Positions 30,067 through 40,035 of a stretch of DNA of 64,000 nt are shown here, one piece after another. Location of the stretch: the NCBI GenBank assembly GCA_037189525.1, contig JBBCJC010000001.1:480001-544000 (forward strand), read 5' to 3'. The position numbers and the translations under genes were made by a program. Within the stretch, counting starts at the first letter, position 1. Each line of letters opens with the position of its first letter. The notes under the pieces are model-generated. The model ran no database searches and was not told the origin of the DNA. It saw only the letters and a program-made list of their open reading frames with translations. Source of the stretch: Gemmatimonadales bacterium (GTDB lineage: Bacteria > Gemmatimonadota > Gemmatimonadetes > Gemmatimonadales > GWC2-71-9).

Positions 30067-31766
30067 TCTGAGTCCTTATCCTCGGCTTCCAGATCCGCAG
30101 CGATGGTCACACCCGTTACGCGCTGAATCTCTTTCCACAATCGTGCTTGCCGCCACGTCAAGAACGCGTCGAAGTCATCCTTGAGCAGCGACGAATCGTC
30201 GCCCGCGGGCAAACCATGCGAGGCAAGCACCGGCTCGAAGGGGAACCCCGTCGTCCCCCGAATCTCCGCTAGATAGTCGGAGGGCGCGCGGTCACTGATC
30301 ACCTGGTTGGTCGTGCGGTCAATCAACGTGCGGTTGAGCACACAGTCGCGTGTCCTGGCGAGCCTAACACCACGGCGCTCGAGATAGGCGGCCGGGAACA
30401 CATGATGGTCGTCGATACCTTGGTCGGCCATGAGCTTGCCCGTAATCACGGCCTGGGTATGGAAGTCGCGGGCGCCACCGCCGAGAATCAGGTTGATGAC
30501 GCCGCGGTAGATCGAACGCTGGCGCGGCGTCACATCACGTAGTGCTCGCGGATCGAAGCGGAAGCTCTCGACCGACTCCGGCGCCGCACCTCCGGCGAGC
30601 CAAGGCAATAACTCGGTCACGTCCTTTGCCGACTTGCTGTTCGGCGCGCTCTCATAAATCTGACCGAAGACGGCACACCAGAACCACCGCTTGAGCTTCT
30701 CGCGCCGGGCACCGGCCTCCGCGGTCTTCGGATTCCCGCTGCGTGCGAGTACAGCGGCCAACGGCGGCAACATGGTTTGGTAAGGCACCCACTTGGGGAG
30801 CATGACCTTGCAGTCGTCGCGGAGAATCTCGAGACCCGTGGCAAGCCCGAGCACGACCTTATCCCACCACTCCGTGATGTCCGAGGCAGCGAGGTTCAGC
30901 ACGTCGCTGCGCTTGCATGAGGGGGCCTTACGGCTCGCCAATGAGATGCCCTGCAGCACGTAGTAGGCATCTACCTCGAAGTCCCCGATCACCGGATAAT
31001 CGGCCAGCGCCTTATCCCAGAGTGCGCGGAGGTTGATGCTCTGCGGCCAGAAGCGAGCAGTGAGCAACTCGAAAACGCTCAGCTTTACGCCGGTACGATT
31101 CAACGTCTCGAAAATCGTGCAGAGCGCGTCTGGCTCGGTCTTGTCCGAGAGCGTCACGACCGGGAAATGGTAGTCGTCGATAGCACGAATCCACCTCTCT
31201 TCGATGCTATCGAGCGCATCCTCGAGTGCGATGCGCTCCTTGTCCGCCAGTTTTCGCGCGACCTTCCGCCCCCACTGTCCGAAGCCCCCTGCGCCGCCCT
31301 TCAGCACCGACAACGGCAGCAGCAACTCATTTGCCTGCAGCTCGAAATCCTCGCGAGCCTTGGTCCACTTAGTGGTCGCACGCTCGTGGAAGATTGCCTC
31401 CTCGAAATCCGCACCATCTCGGAGCTTCCCCAGGTCCAGAAAATACCGATGTTCCCCAACACCGTAGAACGCCTGATAGAGCGATGTCAGACGCTGTTGA
31501 CCGTCGAGTACGAGGAAAGTGTGCTTTCCTCCACCGAGTGGTGGCGCTCCATCGAACTCGCGTGCGGCGAACACACGCTTCGCGTCCCGAACGCGCAGGA
31601 TGCTACCCGCTGGGTAGTTACTTGCGATCGAGACGATCAGCTCCTGCGTAGCACCCGGTTCCCAGACGAAGTCGCGTTGGAAATCGGGCAGTGCAGTCGA
31701 GCGGTTGTGAATCTCGGCCAGGAGCTCCTTGAGCGCACGCGGGTTGGTGTCTTCGAACAGGCTCAC
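30063..31766 (-). CDS. DUF262 plus HNH-type (DUF1524-like) GmrSD-family protein
   Basis: [30 protein letters not shown]-terminal DDHHVFP...N...N; 4-nt overlaps with both neighbours. Confidence 0.85.
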   Translation of the reverse strand: MSLFEDTNPRALKELLAEIHNRSTALPDFQRDFVWEPGATQELIVSIASNYPAGSILRVRDAKRVFAAREFDGAPPLGGGKHTFLVLDGQQRLTSLYQAFYGVGEHRYFLDLGKLRDGADFEEAIFHERATTKWTKAREDFELQANELLLPLSVLKGGAGGFGQWGRKVARKLADKERIALEDALDSIEERWIRAIDDYHFPVVTLSDKTEPDALCTIFETLNRTGVKLSVFELLTARFWPQSINLRALWDKALADYPVIGDFEVDAYYVLQGISLASRKAPSCKRSDVLNLAASDITEWWDKVVLGLATGLEILRDDCKVMLPKWVPYQTMLPPLAAVLARSGNPKTAEAGARREKLKRWFWCAVFGQIYESAPNSKSAKDVTELLPWLAGGAAPESVESFRFDPRALRDVTPRQRSIYRGVINLILGGGARDFHTQAVITGKLMADQGIDDHHVFPAAYLERRGVRLARTRDCVLNRTLIDRTTNQVISDRAPSDYLAEIRGTTGFPFEPVLASHGLPAGDDSSLLKDDFDAFLTWRQARLWKEIQRVTGVTIAADLEAEDKDSE

Positions 31767-34700
31767 GACGGCGCTCCCCCACGTTGAAGCAGTTCTTCGA
31801 AATCGTAGTTAACGCTAGTTACGCCAAAGTCCGGCTCTCGCCGGAACGGCTTCCGGAGATAATAGACCCTGTGCTCCGATTGGGAGAGGAGCTCCACGAT
31901 CGCCAGGATGAATTGATCAGGTTTGTTCAACGAGTAGAGGATCTCGTTCTTAGTTACGGTCACTGTCGCCGCCCCCGTCACCCGACCCTTGACCTCGATA
32001 AAGCGGAGGGTTCCCGTTCGGGGGTCACGGCTCTCGATGTCATAACCGAGCTTGTCGAACTCGCGATCGACCGGCTCGAACCCAAGCGCCACTTCCTGCG
32101 CCATCACGGCGGCACGAGCTCGGGCCGCCGCTGCCTGCGTGTCCGCGATCTCTCGGAGCTCAGGTGGCAGTTCGGTACCCATCATCTTAGCCAGCAGACC
32201 GACGGGCACGACGACGACACCACCCACGACGACCGGTGGCATCGGGGTGATCTGTGCCTCGAGATCAAGCTGAGTAATCCTCTTCGCCAACCGCCCCTGC
32301 AGATCATCCGCTCGCCGCCGTGCCTCCTGCGAATTGAGGCGAGCATTGGTCTTCCCAGCCTGCTCCTGGAGCCGAAGCTCCTGGGCACGGCGGTCCCAGT
32401 GATTGATCTCTTTGACGAGCCGGTCCTTGACCGCAGCCTTGGCCTTCTCAATCAACCCCAACCGACGGCCTCGAACTTCACTGAGGTGCTCGGGAACGAC
32501 ATTCTGAATTGCATACGCCTGCGCCTGTCGCTCCAGGTCTCGACCGATCCAGGCTAACTCAGGCCTGCGCAAGATTTCCTCGGCTCCCGGTTCCGCGGCA
32601 GCGAGCGGCCGATAGTCCAGGTACGGCGCGTACTGGAGGTGCCGAGTCGGACCATCAGGCAAGAGCTCGACGTATAGCATCCGCTGGGAAATGGTTCGAC
32701 GCTCGCCGGAGCGGGTTTGGCTGGCATCCTGAATTGCGTGGTCGAGGTAGAGCAACACACGCGGCGTTTCGGATGGGTCCTGCGAATCAACCAACACTGC
32801 TCCACGCCGCAGCAAGTCGCGGTTTCGTTCCAGCGTAAGGTCAAGCGTGGCGTCTAGCAGCGGATGCCCGGGGCAAATGAATGCCGCCGGAATCTCGCCC
32901 TGGGGCGCCAGCAGCTGCTTCTCGAACGCAACCCGCTCATAACGGGGCAGAACTGGCTCGCGAATACCAATGATGCGATCCCGGTTGCGAACGGGGGCGG
33001 GAACGTTGGTAACCTCGTAGCGTCGAGACTCACGCTGCCGGATCGTCCCGCCAACCTGCTTGAAGGCCTCGAGAAAGAAGTCCTCGATGTAGTGCGGCTG
33101 AAGGCGGCGAGCTTCCGCCCGTTCCATTTCTTCGCGGACCCGCATGACACGACTCACGTCCATCGCGTCCTGGGCGAGCGCCCGATCTTCAAGCAACCCC
33201 TGGAGGTGAGAACGGTCCACCGCATTCTCGACAACCCGGTTCAGCTTAGCCCGGACATCAGGCTGTTCACCGTACCGAATTGCTTCGATCAGCAAATCAC
33301 GGAGCGGCTTGCCGTCGAACTGCACCCGGCCGAGCACGTCAAACACCTGCCCGCCAAGAGCCTTTCGGGCCTCCTCCAGCTTCTCAAAGAGGGTGTGGTA
33401 GACGTCGCCCTCTCGAGTCTCTTCTGCCAAAAGATTCCATAGGTGGCAGACTTCCGTCTGGCCGATCCGGTGAATCCGACCGAAACGCTGCTCGAGCCGA
33501 TTGGGGTTCCACGGCAGGTCGTAATTGACCATGAGGTGGGCGCGCTGGAGATTGATCCCCTCGCCTGCCGCATCGGTCGCAATGAGAACCCGAACTTCGG
33601 GGTCGTATCGGAAAGCCTCCTGCGCCTTGCTTCGCTCCTCACGCCCCATCCCGCCGTGGATAACTACGACTGCTTCTGGCAGTCCGAATCGCGTCGTGAT
33701 CTTCTGTTGGAGATAGTTGAGCGTATCGCGGTGCTCAGTGAAAAGCACCAATTTCTGTCGTGGGGACGAAGCCGGTTTCGGGACGCCTGCTGACCCATAA
33801 GGTGGTGCAACAGGTTCAGCCACCGTATCCGAACGAGCCGGAGGTGTGAACACCTCGTCAAAGACTCTCGCTAGCTCGGCCCACTTGCGGTCCTCGCCAC
33901 TTCGCCGGACGGTGTTCGCCAGCCCTTCGAGACCAACCAGAATGGCGATTTCGGCTTTCAGCTCGTCGATGGTACGCGCGGCAGTGGCCTGGTCGAGAAT
34001 CTGCTCCTCGGCAGCTTGCACCTCATCTTCAGGAGCATCCTCGAGGTCCTCGACATCGTCAGCGTCGAGCAAAGGCCCCAGCGGAGCTAGTTCGATCCCG
34101 CCCCGCTGCATGAGCTCGAGTTCTCGCATCCGCTTTTCCAGCCGCTCGCGCCTTCTCCGAAGAGACTGGTAGATCGCTTCTGGCGAGGAGGCCAGACGCC
34201 GCTGGAGGATCGTAAGCGCGAATCCGACCGTCCCCGCCCGTTTCTCGTTTTCGAGCGCTTCGGCCCGGTTGAACTGCTCGCGAACGTAGGCGGTAACTTC
34301 GCGGTACAGCTGCGCTTCCGCTGCGGAGAGTTTATAGGGAACCGTGTACGCAATGCGCTCCGGAAACAGCGGCGTTCCGTCGAACTTGAGCAGCCGTTCC
34401 TTGACCATCCGACGCATCAGATCCGTCACGTCCTGGGTATGGACGCCATCCCTGAACTTTCCTTCGAAACGATCGCCGTCGAGCAGCGCCATAAACAACT
34501 GGAAGTCCTCTTCCTTGCCATTGTGTGGCGTGGCCGTCATCAAAAGCAGGTTGCGCGTCAAGGAGCCGAGCAACTGACCGAGACGATACCGCTTGGTGTA
34601 CTTGACCTCCCCGCCAAAAAACGTGGCCGACATCTTGTGGGCTTCATCGCAAACGACGAGATCCCAGCGACAGTCGGGGGCCTGAAGCTTCTGCTGAACG

Positions 34701-35341
34701 TCCTCGTCTCGAGAGAGCTTGTCCAGCCGGGCAATGACAAGATGGTTCTCGAGAAACCAGTTTCCCGTACGGGCCGCCTCGAGCTTGTCGTTGGTAAGGA
34801 TGTCAAACGGCAGATTGAACCGCTTGAACAACTCGTCCTGCCACTGCTCGGCAAGGCTACCTGGGCAGACGATGAGGCAGCGCTGGAGGTCACCCCGAGC
34901 GATCAGCTCCTTGATCAGTAGCCCGGCCATGATCGTCTTCCCTGCGCCGGGATCGTCGGCCAACAGGAAACGAAGCGGCTGACGCGGAAGCATCGATTCG
35001 TAGACCGCCGTGATCTGATGGGGGAGCGGGTCAACGAGCGAGGTGTGAACAGCTAGGACCGGATCAAACAGGTGAGCCAGTCGGATTCGGTTGGCCTCAG
35101 AGACGAGGCGGAACAAGGCCCCATCGCCGTCGAAGCTCCAGGGTCGGCCCTGCTCGACCACCTCGAACCGAGGCTCGTCGTGGCGATAGAGCAACTGATT
35201 GGCAACACGACCCGCAGGGTCTTTATACGTGAGTTCCAGAGCGTCTGACCCGAACCACTGCGTGGTTACCACAGTGATCAGGGCATCAGGTATGAGGCCG
35301 CGAATGATGGCGCTGGCCCGAAGATCCTCCAGTTTGCTCAA
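31763..35341 (-). CDS. SNF2-family helicase with C-terminal DUF3883 nuclease
   Basis: LADDPGAGKT, DEAH, TATPH, EGINLQ, NRLEQRFGRIHR; GYDIES...IEVKGR; TTG start with GGAGGAG RBS. Confidence 0.93.
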   Translation of the reverse strand: MSKLEDLRASAIIRGLIPDALITVVTTQWFGSDALELTYKDPAGRVANQLLYRHDEPRFEVVEQGRPWSFDGDGALFRLVSEANRIRLAHLFDPVLAVHTSLVDPLPHQITAVYESMLPRQPLRFLLADDPGAGKTIMAGLLIKELIARGDLQRCLIVCPGSLAEQWQDELFKRFNLPFDILTNDKLEAARTGNWFLENHLVIARLDKLSRDEDVQQKLQAPDCRWDLVVCDEAHKMSATFFGGEVKYTKRYRLGQLLGSLTRNLLLMTATPHNGKEEDFQLFMALLDGDRFEGKFRDGVHTQDVTDLMRRMVKERLLKFDGTPLFPERIAYTVPYKLSAAEAQLYREVTAYVREQFNRAEALENEKRAGTVGFALTILQRRLASSPEAIYQSLRRRRERLEKRMRELELMQRGGIELAPLGPLLDADDVEDLEDAPEDEVQAAEEQILDQATAARTIDELKAEIAILVGLEGLANTVRRSGEDRKWAELARVFDEVFTPPARSDTVAEPVAPPYGSAGVPKPASSPRQKLVLFTEHRDTLNYLQQKITTRFGLPEAVVVIHGGMGREERSKAQEAFRYDPEVRVLIATDAAGEGINLQRAHLMVNYDLPWNPNRLEQRFGRIHRIGQTEVCHLWNLLAEETREGDVYHTLFEKLEEARKALGGQVFDVLGRVQFDGKPLRDLLIEAIRYGEQPDVRAKLNRVVENAVDRSHLQGLLEDRALAQDAMDVSRVMRVREEMERAEARRLQPHYIEDFFLEAFKQVGGTIRQRESRRYEVTNVPAPVRNRDRIIGIREPVLPRYERVAFEKQLLAPQGEIPAAFICPGHPLLDATLDLTLERNRDLLRRGAVLVDSQDPSETPRVLLYLDHAIQDASQTRSGERRTISQRMLYVELLPDGPTRHLQYAPYLDYRPLAAAEPGAEEILRRPELAWIGRDLERQAQAYAIQNVVPEHLSEVRGRRLGLIEKAKAAVKDRLVKEINHWDRRAQELRLQEQAGKTNARLNSQEARRRADDLQGRLAKRITQLDLEAQITPMPPVVVGGVVVVPVGLLAKMMGTELPPELREIADTQAAAARARAAVMAQEVALGFEPVDREFDKLGYDIESRDPRTGTLRFIEVKGRVTGAATVTVTKNEILYSLNKPDQFILAIVELLSQSEHRVYYLRKPFRREPDFGVTSVNYDFEELLQRGGAPS

Positions 35342-35378
35342 GTACGGACTCCTCCGATCAAGCCGAACGCCCGCGAGG

Positions 35379-35411
35379 AAAATCGTTCATGGGTGTGTCA
35401 TTGAGCTGACA
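35379..35411 (-). promoter_or_regulatory. PafBC-like motif overlapping a TGTCA-N6-TGACA palindrome
   Basis: Minus strand TGACACACCC-atgaac-GATTTT about 38 bp before the helicase start; palindrome at 35396-35411. Confidence 0.4.
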
Positions 35412-35761
35412 AGTGGCCCGGACCGGGGCTCGCTGAAATTAACCCAACCCCAGCAATGACAAAAGGTTACAGCATGGCATTGACGAAGTCGATCCCCCTA
35501 TGCATTGGGCTTTAGGAGAGACTACCCACAACCGTGGCTGCCCACGCTCGGGATGCCGCTCAAGCATGCATTGCCTCGACCCCGTTAATCCACAAACCGG
35601 AAACCGAAACTTGGCAAAATAGGAGCCACTATGTTGGGCTATTTGAAGGCCAATTCGACGGAAATGGAATCGAGCGCTGGCGATGTGTAGAGGGGGCTTG
35701 ATCGACAATGCCGCCGGATGGTCGACAGTCCCTCCACAGCAATTCGGTAACCGCGCGGACA

Positions 35762-35846
35762 CAACTTTTGAGCATTTCAAATGTACGAAAGTTGCCAAGA
35801 CTGGCACGACTAAGTACTTTCGAAAATCTGAAATGCTGGAAAGTTG
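35762..35846 (+). promoter_or_regulatory. Two 33-bp palindromic operators upstream of the HipA-like gene
   Basis: caacttttgagcatttcaaatgtacgaaagttg (35762-35794) and gtactttcgaaaatctgaaatgctggaaagttg (35814-35846). Confidence 0.7.
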
Positions 35847-35849
35847 ACA

Positions 35850-37685
35850 ATGGCGCTCCATCTCGTCGGCGAAACTATCGACAAGGCACAGGCCCACACC
35901 ATGGCCCAAGCCGGCCGGCTAGTTCAGCTGATGCGCGGTATCTATGTGAATGCCAGCGACGATGTCGAAGAAACCGTCCTCCGACATGCCATCCGGATCG
36001 CCCGATACCTCTACCCCCGCGCCTACCTCTCGGCGGCCAGCGCCATCCTGCTCGGCCCCACCCGCGATGGCCGGCTGTTCCTGAGCGGGCGCAATGCCCG
36101 GCGGACGCGCCTTCGGGCACTGGAGATCATCCAGAACGTGGCGCCCGAGCATCCATCGACCGCCCCGGCGTTCATCAACGACGGCATGGGCGAATTCACT
36201 GTCGAGGTGTCCTCGATCCGGCAACGTTTTCTCGAGGCATTCCGCATCCGAGGCGAGCACGCCGCGTCGCTCGACGAGGCCATGCGTGAGGGCGTCGCCA
36301 GGCGTCTCGTCGAAGAGTACGGCACGCCGCAGGCCGCCGCCGACGCCGTCTGGCGCCTGGCACGGGACAACGCATGGTATCGCGAAGGGGAACGCGCCGA
36401 ACGCTTCCTGCTGCATCGGCCCACAGCCACGCCCCCGCGCAACAAAGCGGCGCTGGACCTGACGGTTGCCTGGCATGGCACGCCGGTAGGCCGCCTGATG
36501 CATGACGGATTCGAATGGCGTTGGTACAGTAACCCATGGAAAGCGCCACCACTGATCCGGCAAACCACCCCGGGCGCGCTACCGCCCTTCATCGTTTCGT
36601 TGCTACCCGAAGGCTGGCTGGAGTCCGTGCTCCGCAGCAGCGACGAGCGCGCGTTGCTGCGGTCCGGCAAGCGGTACATGTCCAACATCACGATCGTCGA
36701 GCAACCGAGCGAATTGACCGAGTTGCCGGCCGACATCCTGACGACGCCGCTGGCGCGCTTCACGAACGACGGCATCTTCACCGGGCACTACGCCGGTCCG
36801 GGGCGCGGCCCGCTCGAAGAAAGTTTCGAACGCAACCTCGCCGCGATCTTTGCGGACAGCCGCACGCCGCGCTTGTCGGGCATCCAGATCAAAGCGCCGA
36901 TGTTCCTCGCGGAAGACGGCTCCTTGTTGCCGAGTGAGGACCGGCCGTTCACCCATATCCTCAAGCCCGCTGGCACCGGCGGCTTCGAAGCGTTGCCGCT
37001 GATCGAGTGGCAGGCCCTAACGCTTGGCGCAGCAATCGGACTCGACACTCCCGCCATGGCGCTCGTGTCCATGCCGGACGGCTTGCCGCCCGCCCTACTG
37101 GTCGAGCGCTTCGACATTCGCCAGAGCGAGAACGACACGCGCCTGCTCGCGCTAGAAGACCTGTGTTCCGTGTTGGGTGTCCCCTCATCGGCTAAGTACA
37201 GCGGCAGCATCGAACGGGTGGCTCGCGCCCTCCGGCCGCTCTCGACCACACCGCACGATGACCTGCTCGTCCTTTTCCGGCGTGCACTGTTCGCGTGGTG
37301 CATCGCCGATGGCGACATGCATCTCAAGAACCTGGCGTTACTCAAGATCGCCGAACCGGGCAAGGCCGCATTCGAAAGTGTGCGGATGGCGCCGCTCTAT
37401 GACGCCGTCACGACCCGCGTCTTTCCCCATCTGACGCGAGACCGCATGGCGCTCATGATTAACGGCAAAGACGATCGACTGCGCCGTTCCGATTTTATGA
37501 CTATGGCTGCAACGATCGGGGTACGGCCAACCGACGCGAAACAGACCATCGACGATCTGACCGCGCGCCTGCGCACCGAGATTGGTACACTGACCCTGCC
37601 GACCATCGCCGTCGAGTCACGAACGGCCGACCGCGCGGCTGCCATGCGCCGACTCGTAGGGGAACGAATCGATACACTGGCATAA
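35850..37685 (+). CDS. HipA-family kinase with N-terminal AbiEi-like/wHTH domain
   Basis: N-terminal QLMRGIYV...YLSAASA; LPPFIVSLLPEG, LSGIQIK, HILKP, VERFD, DGDMHLKN, APLYD. Confidence 0.85.
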   Translation: MALHLVGETIDKAQAHTMAQAGRLVQLMRGIYVNASDDVEETVLRHAIRIARYLYPRAYLSAASAILLGPTRDGRLFLSGRNARRTRLRALEIIQNVAPEHPSTAPAFINDGMGEFTVEVSSIRQRFLEAFRIRGEHAASLDEAMREGVARRLVEEYGTPQAAADAVWRLARDNAWYREGERAERFLLHRPTATPPRNKAALDLTVAWHGTPVGRLMHDGFEWRWYSNPWKAPPLIRQTTPGALPPFIVSLLPEGWLESVLRSSDERALLRSGKRYMSNITIVEQPSELTELPADILTTPLARFTNDGIFTGHYAGPGRGPLEESFERNLAAIFADSRTPRLSGIQIKAPMFLAEDGSLLPSEDRPFTHILKPAGTGGFEALPLIEWQALTLGAAIGLDTPAMALVSMPDGLPPALLVERFDIRQSENDTRLLALEDLCSVLGVPSSAKYSGSIERVARALRPLSTTPHDDLLVLFRRALFAWCIADGDMHLKNLALLKIAEPGKAAFESVRMAPLYDAVTTRVFPHLTRDRMALMINGKDDRLRRSDFMTMAATIGVRPTDAKQTIDDLTARLRTEIGTLTLPTIAVESRTADRAAAMRRLVGERIDTLA

Positions 37686-37968
37686 CGGAATCGAGCCTGG
37701 AAATTGATAGCTGAGGGAAGCTAGGGAGTTTCGTTTCGAGCCTGCAACCTCTCGCTTAGCAGCCAGCATTGTATGACTCCACAGTACATCAACGGAGATA
37801 CAATCAAACGCGCCTGCCTTTCGGGCTAGGGTATCGCAGTCCGGTTGGTCTGCGAAGCGTAGTTCAGACAAGCAACCTACCGTATGTCCACTAAATCGAT
37901 GCGGCCCTAAGACAAGAGCAGGTTCGTCGACGCTCGTTAGCTGGCCTGAATAATGTCGGACGATTGCA

Positions 37969-38925
37969 CTACCACGGAATCTCGGCACCAAGGTAAAGAA
38001 GCTTTGCTTCGAGTTCTTTACGTTCGCGGCTCCGTGCCATTTCGCCAGACTCCGAAACGGCAAGGAGGCCTGCCTGCCTCGCGACATCTCTTGCCCGTTT
38101 AACATCACCTGCGATGAGGGCCCCGAGTACGTCGACCTCCACTCTCGAAAGTGAGACAGAGTGCAGTCTGTAATCACCGAATGCCTCCCAAACAATCGGC
38201 ACCCACCGCGCAACCACCTGTTCGCCGATCAACTGTGCATAGCTTCGAATCTCGTATTGAGCGTGCGTGTCCATCCTAAGCAGGAGAAAGTGGAGCAGAT
38301 TGTGGAGGTCGATCTTCCAGTATGCTTCTGTATATGTAGAAAGAGGTAGGTCTTTCCGCGCTTGCTCACGTGCCACTCCAGCGTTGAGACGGGCTTCATA
38401 AACACGCCTCAGTTCCCGGTGGATGGCCTGTTCCTCATCTGACAAGACGGAACCGATCGCCAGAGGAAGAAATCCGTCACTACCTTGCCGGTTCTCACCG
38501 GCCTGTTGGCGCCATCGATCCGCAGCCGTCTGTTCAGCGGAGTCAATCGCGACGGAATAGCGAGTCGAATATTCGTTGACACTCGCAGTTCTATGGCGGA
38601 TCCATTGCCGCCATACATCCATAGGTGCGCGCACGTGCAACTTGATCTCACACATCTCAAACGGCGTAGTGTGATGATGCCGCATTAGATACCGAATCAA
38701 ACCGCGATCCTCATGCACACGCTTCGTTCCAACACCGTAGGAAACGCGAGCTGCCTGCACCACAGAGGCGTCGTTTCCCATATAGTCTACGACCCTCACA
38801 AATCCGTCATCGAGAACGTGGAGCGGAACACCGAGAATCGCGTCCAGATCGGGCGTGATCGGCCGACCGACCGGCTCCGGCTTAGATACGCCACCATCCG
38901 CCGCTCCCCTCACCGGCTCAGTCAT
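37969..38925 (-). CDS. thyX: FAD-dependent thymidylate synthase
   Basis: AARVSY, HTTPFE, RHRTASVNEYSTRY signature, REQARKDLP, HAQYEIR. Confidence 0.96.
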   Translation of the reverse strand: MTEPVRGAADGGVSKPEPVGRPITPDLDAILGVPLHVLDDGFVRVVDYMGNDASVVQAARVSYGVGTKRVHEDRGLIRYLMRHHHTTPFEMCEIKLHVRAPMDVWRQWIRHRTASVNEYSTRYSVAIDSAEQTAADRWRQQAGENRQGSDGFLPLAIGSVLSDEEQAIHRELRRVYEARLNAGVAREQARKDLPLSTYTEAYWKIDLHNLLHFLLLRMDTHAQYEIRSYAQLIGEQVVARWVPIVWEAFGDYRLHSVSLSRVEVDVLGALIAGDVKRARDVARQAGLLAVSESGEMARSRERKELEAKLLYLGAEIPW

Positions 38926-38937
38926 CGTAGCTTCACC

Positions 38938-40035
38938 TTACCCCCCTAGCTCCAAATACGCCCGTCTCTCTCTCGTTGCGATGTCATCGACAAGCGCCTT
39001 CAGGCGTCCGAACGACAACATCCACCTCTGACCCGTTCCGCTACTGTATTGGGGAAGAAACCCCTCAGGCGAGGGATACTCAATGTGGATATCAGGATGA
39101 AGGGCCTTGGCAAAGAAACAACCTACGGCCTGCATCTTGCTTCCAGCGGGTGCGAGTAGTACACGGTGTGTCTCTGAGAGCTCCCAATACAGCTCGACCA
39201 AGAGAGAAACTGTTTCCCGATAGTCCAGGGTTGACACGGCCCGGATAGGAAGCTCGTCGCCCAGCGCATCGGCTACACTTGGGTTGTCGTTCATCCACTC
39301 TCGGCATACTTCGGCGTGAATCCAAGCTGTAGCTTGCTGCCGCCAATGATGGACGGGTGGACGCCCGTTGATCAGCAGAAGGCGACTTGGGTACACGGTG
39401 TTCAATAAGACTTGCGTTAATGTATCGTTAAAGGACATGAAGACGACCGCCGCAGTAGGCTGACCCTGCATCGCGACACTCGAGAGACTTCCAACCCGGA
39501 CGACACCATGAACGCCAGTATAAATCTGAAGCGTGGGGCGATGGATCTCGTTGCGACGTCGAGCTGTTTCGAATTCCTCATGACTAGGGCCGTAGATCTC
39601 AGCCTCCGAGTAGAGGAGGATCACTTCACGGTCAAGCTCCAAGCATACCTTCAACGTGAGAATCACAGCCAGCTTGGACATCGTCGAGATATCAACTACA
39701 ACCCGCTGCGCGTTACGTTGCGCCAGTCGTTCCCGCAAGGCTCCCTCATACCCCGCCGGGTTGAACCGATCGTACTCGACGATATCCGAACTCTGTGTTT
39801 CGACGCCGCAGGCTTTTAATCCGTTGCGGACGTCAGCTAGCCTGTTGCCCTCGTTGTACGGTAGATAGGTAAGTAGAATCGCAGATGCCCCCGGATCTGC
39901 CACTAGCAGATCTAACAGCGACAACGTCCTGTCTTCGAATCCTGGTGCATGTACGATGACGTCCTGGGGGCCGATGAGTATCCGGTTTACAGGTGAAAGG
40001 ACAGGCAGCGCAGCCCCTAGGTCGTGCAAAATCAT
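38938..40035 (-). CDS. Hypothetical protein with two Rossmann/CARF-like units
   Basis: APGFEDR, VVVDISTMSK, LLYSEAEIY; second unit FMSFN, LINGRPP, LAPAGSKMQAVG, YSSG; TAATG coupling to upstream gene. Confidence 0.6.
   Translation of the reverse strand: MILHDLGAALPVLSPVNRILIGPQDVIVHAPGFEDRTLSLLDLLVADPGASAILLTYLPYNEGNRLADVRNGLKACGVETQSSDIVEYDRFNPAGYEGALRERLAQRNAQRVVVDISTMSKLAVILTLKVCLELDREVILLYSEAEIYGPSHEEFETARRRNEIHRPTLQIYTGVHGVVRVGSLSSVAMQGQPTAAVVFMSFNDTLTQVLLNTVYPSRLLLINGRPPVHHWRQQATAWIHAEVCREWMNDNPSVADALGDELPIRAVSTLDYRETVSLLVELYWELSETHRVLLAPAGSKMQAVGCFFAKALHPDIHIEYPSPEGFLPQYSSGTGQRWMLSFGRLKALVDDIATRERRAYLELGG

Noticed and set aside
35439..35909. ORFs 35439-35909 and 37617-38213 in island spacers
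   Set aside because: No RBS or motifs, and they overlap real genes or operators; likely spurious
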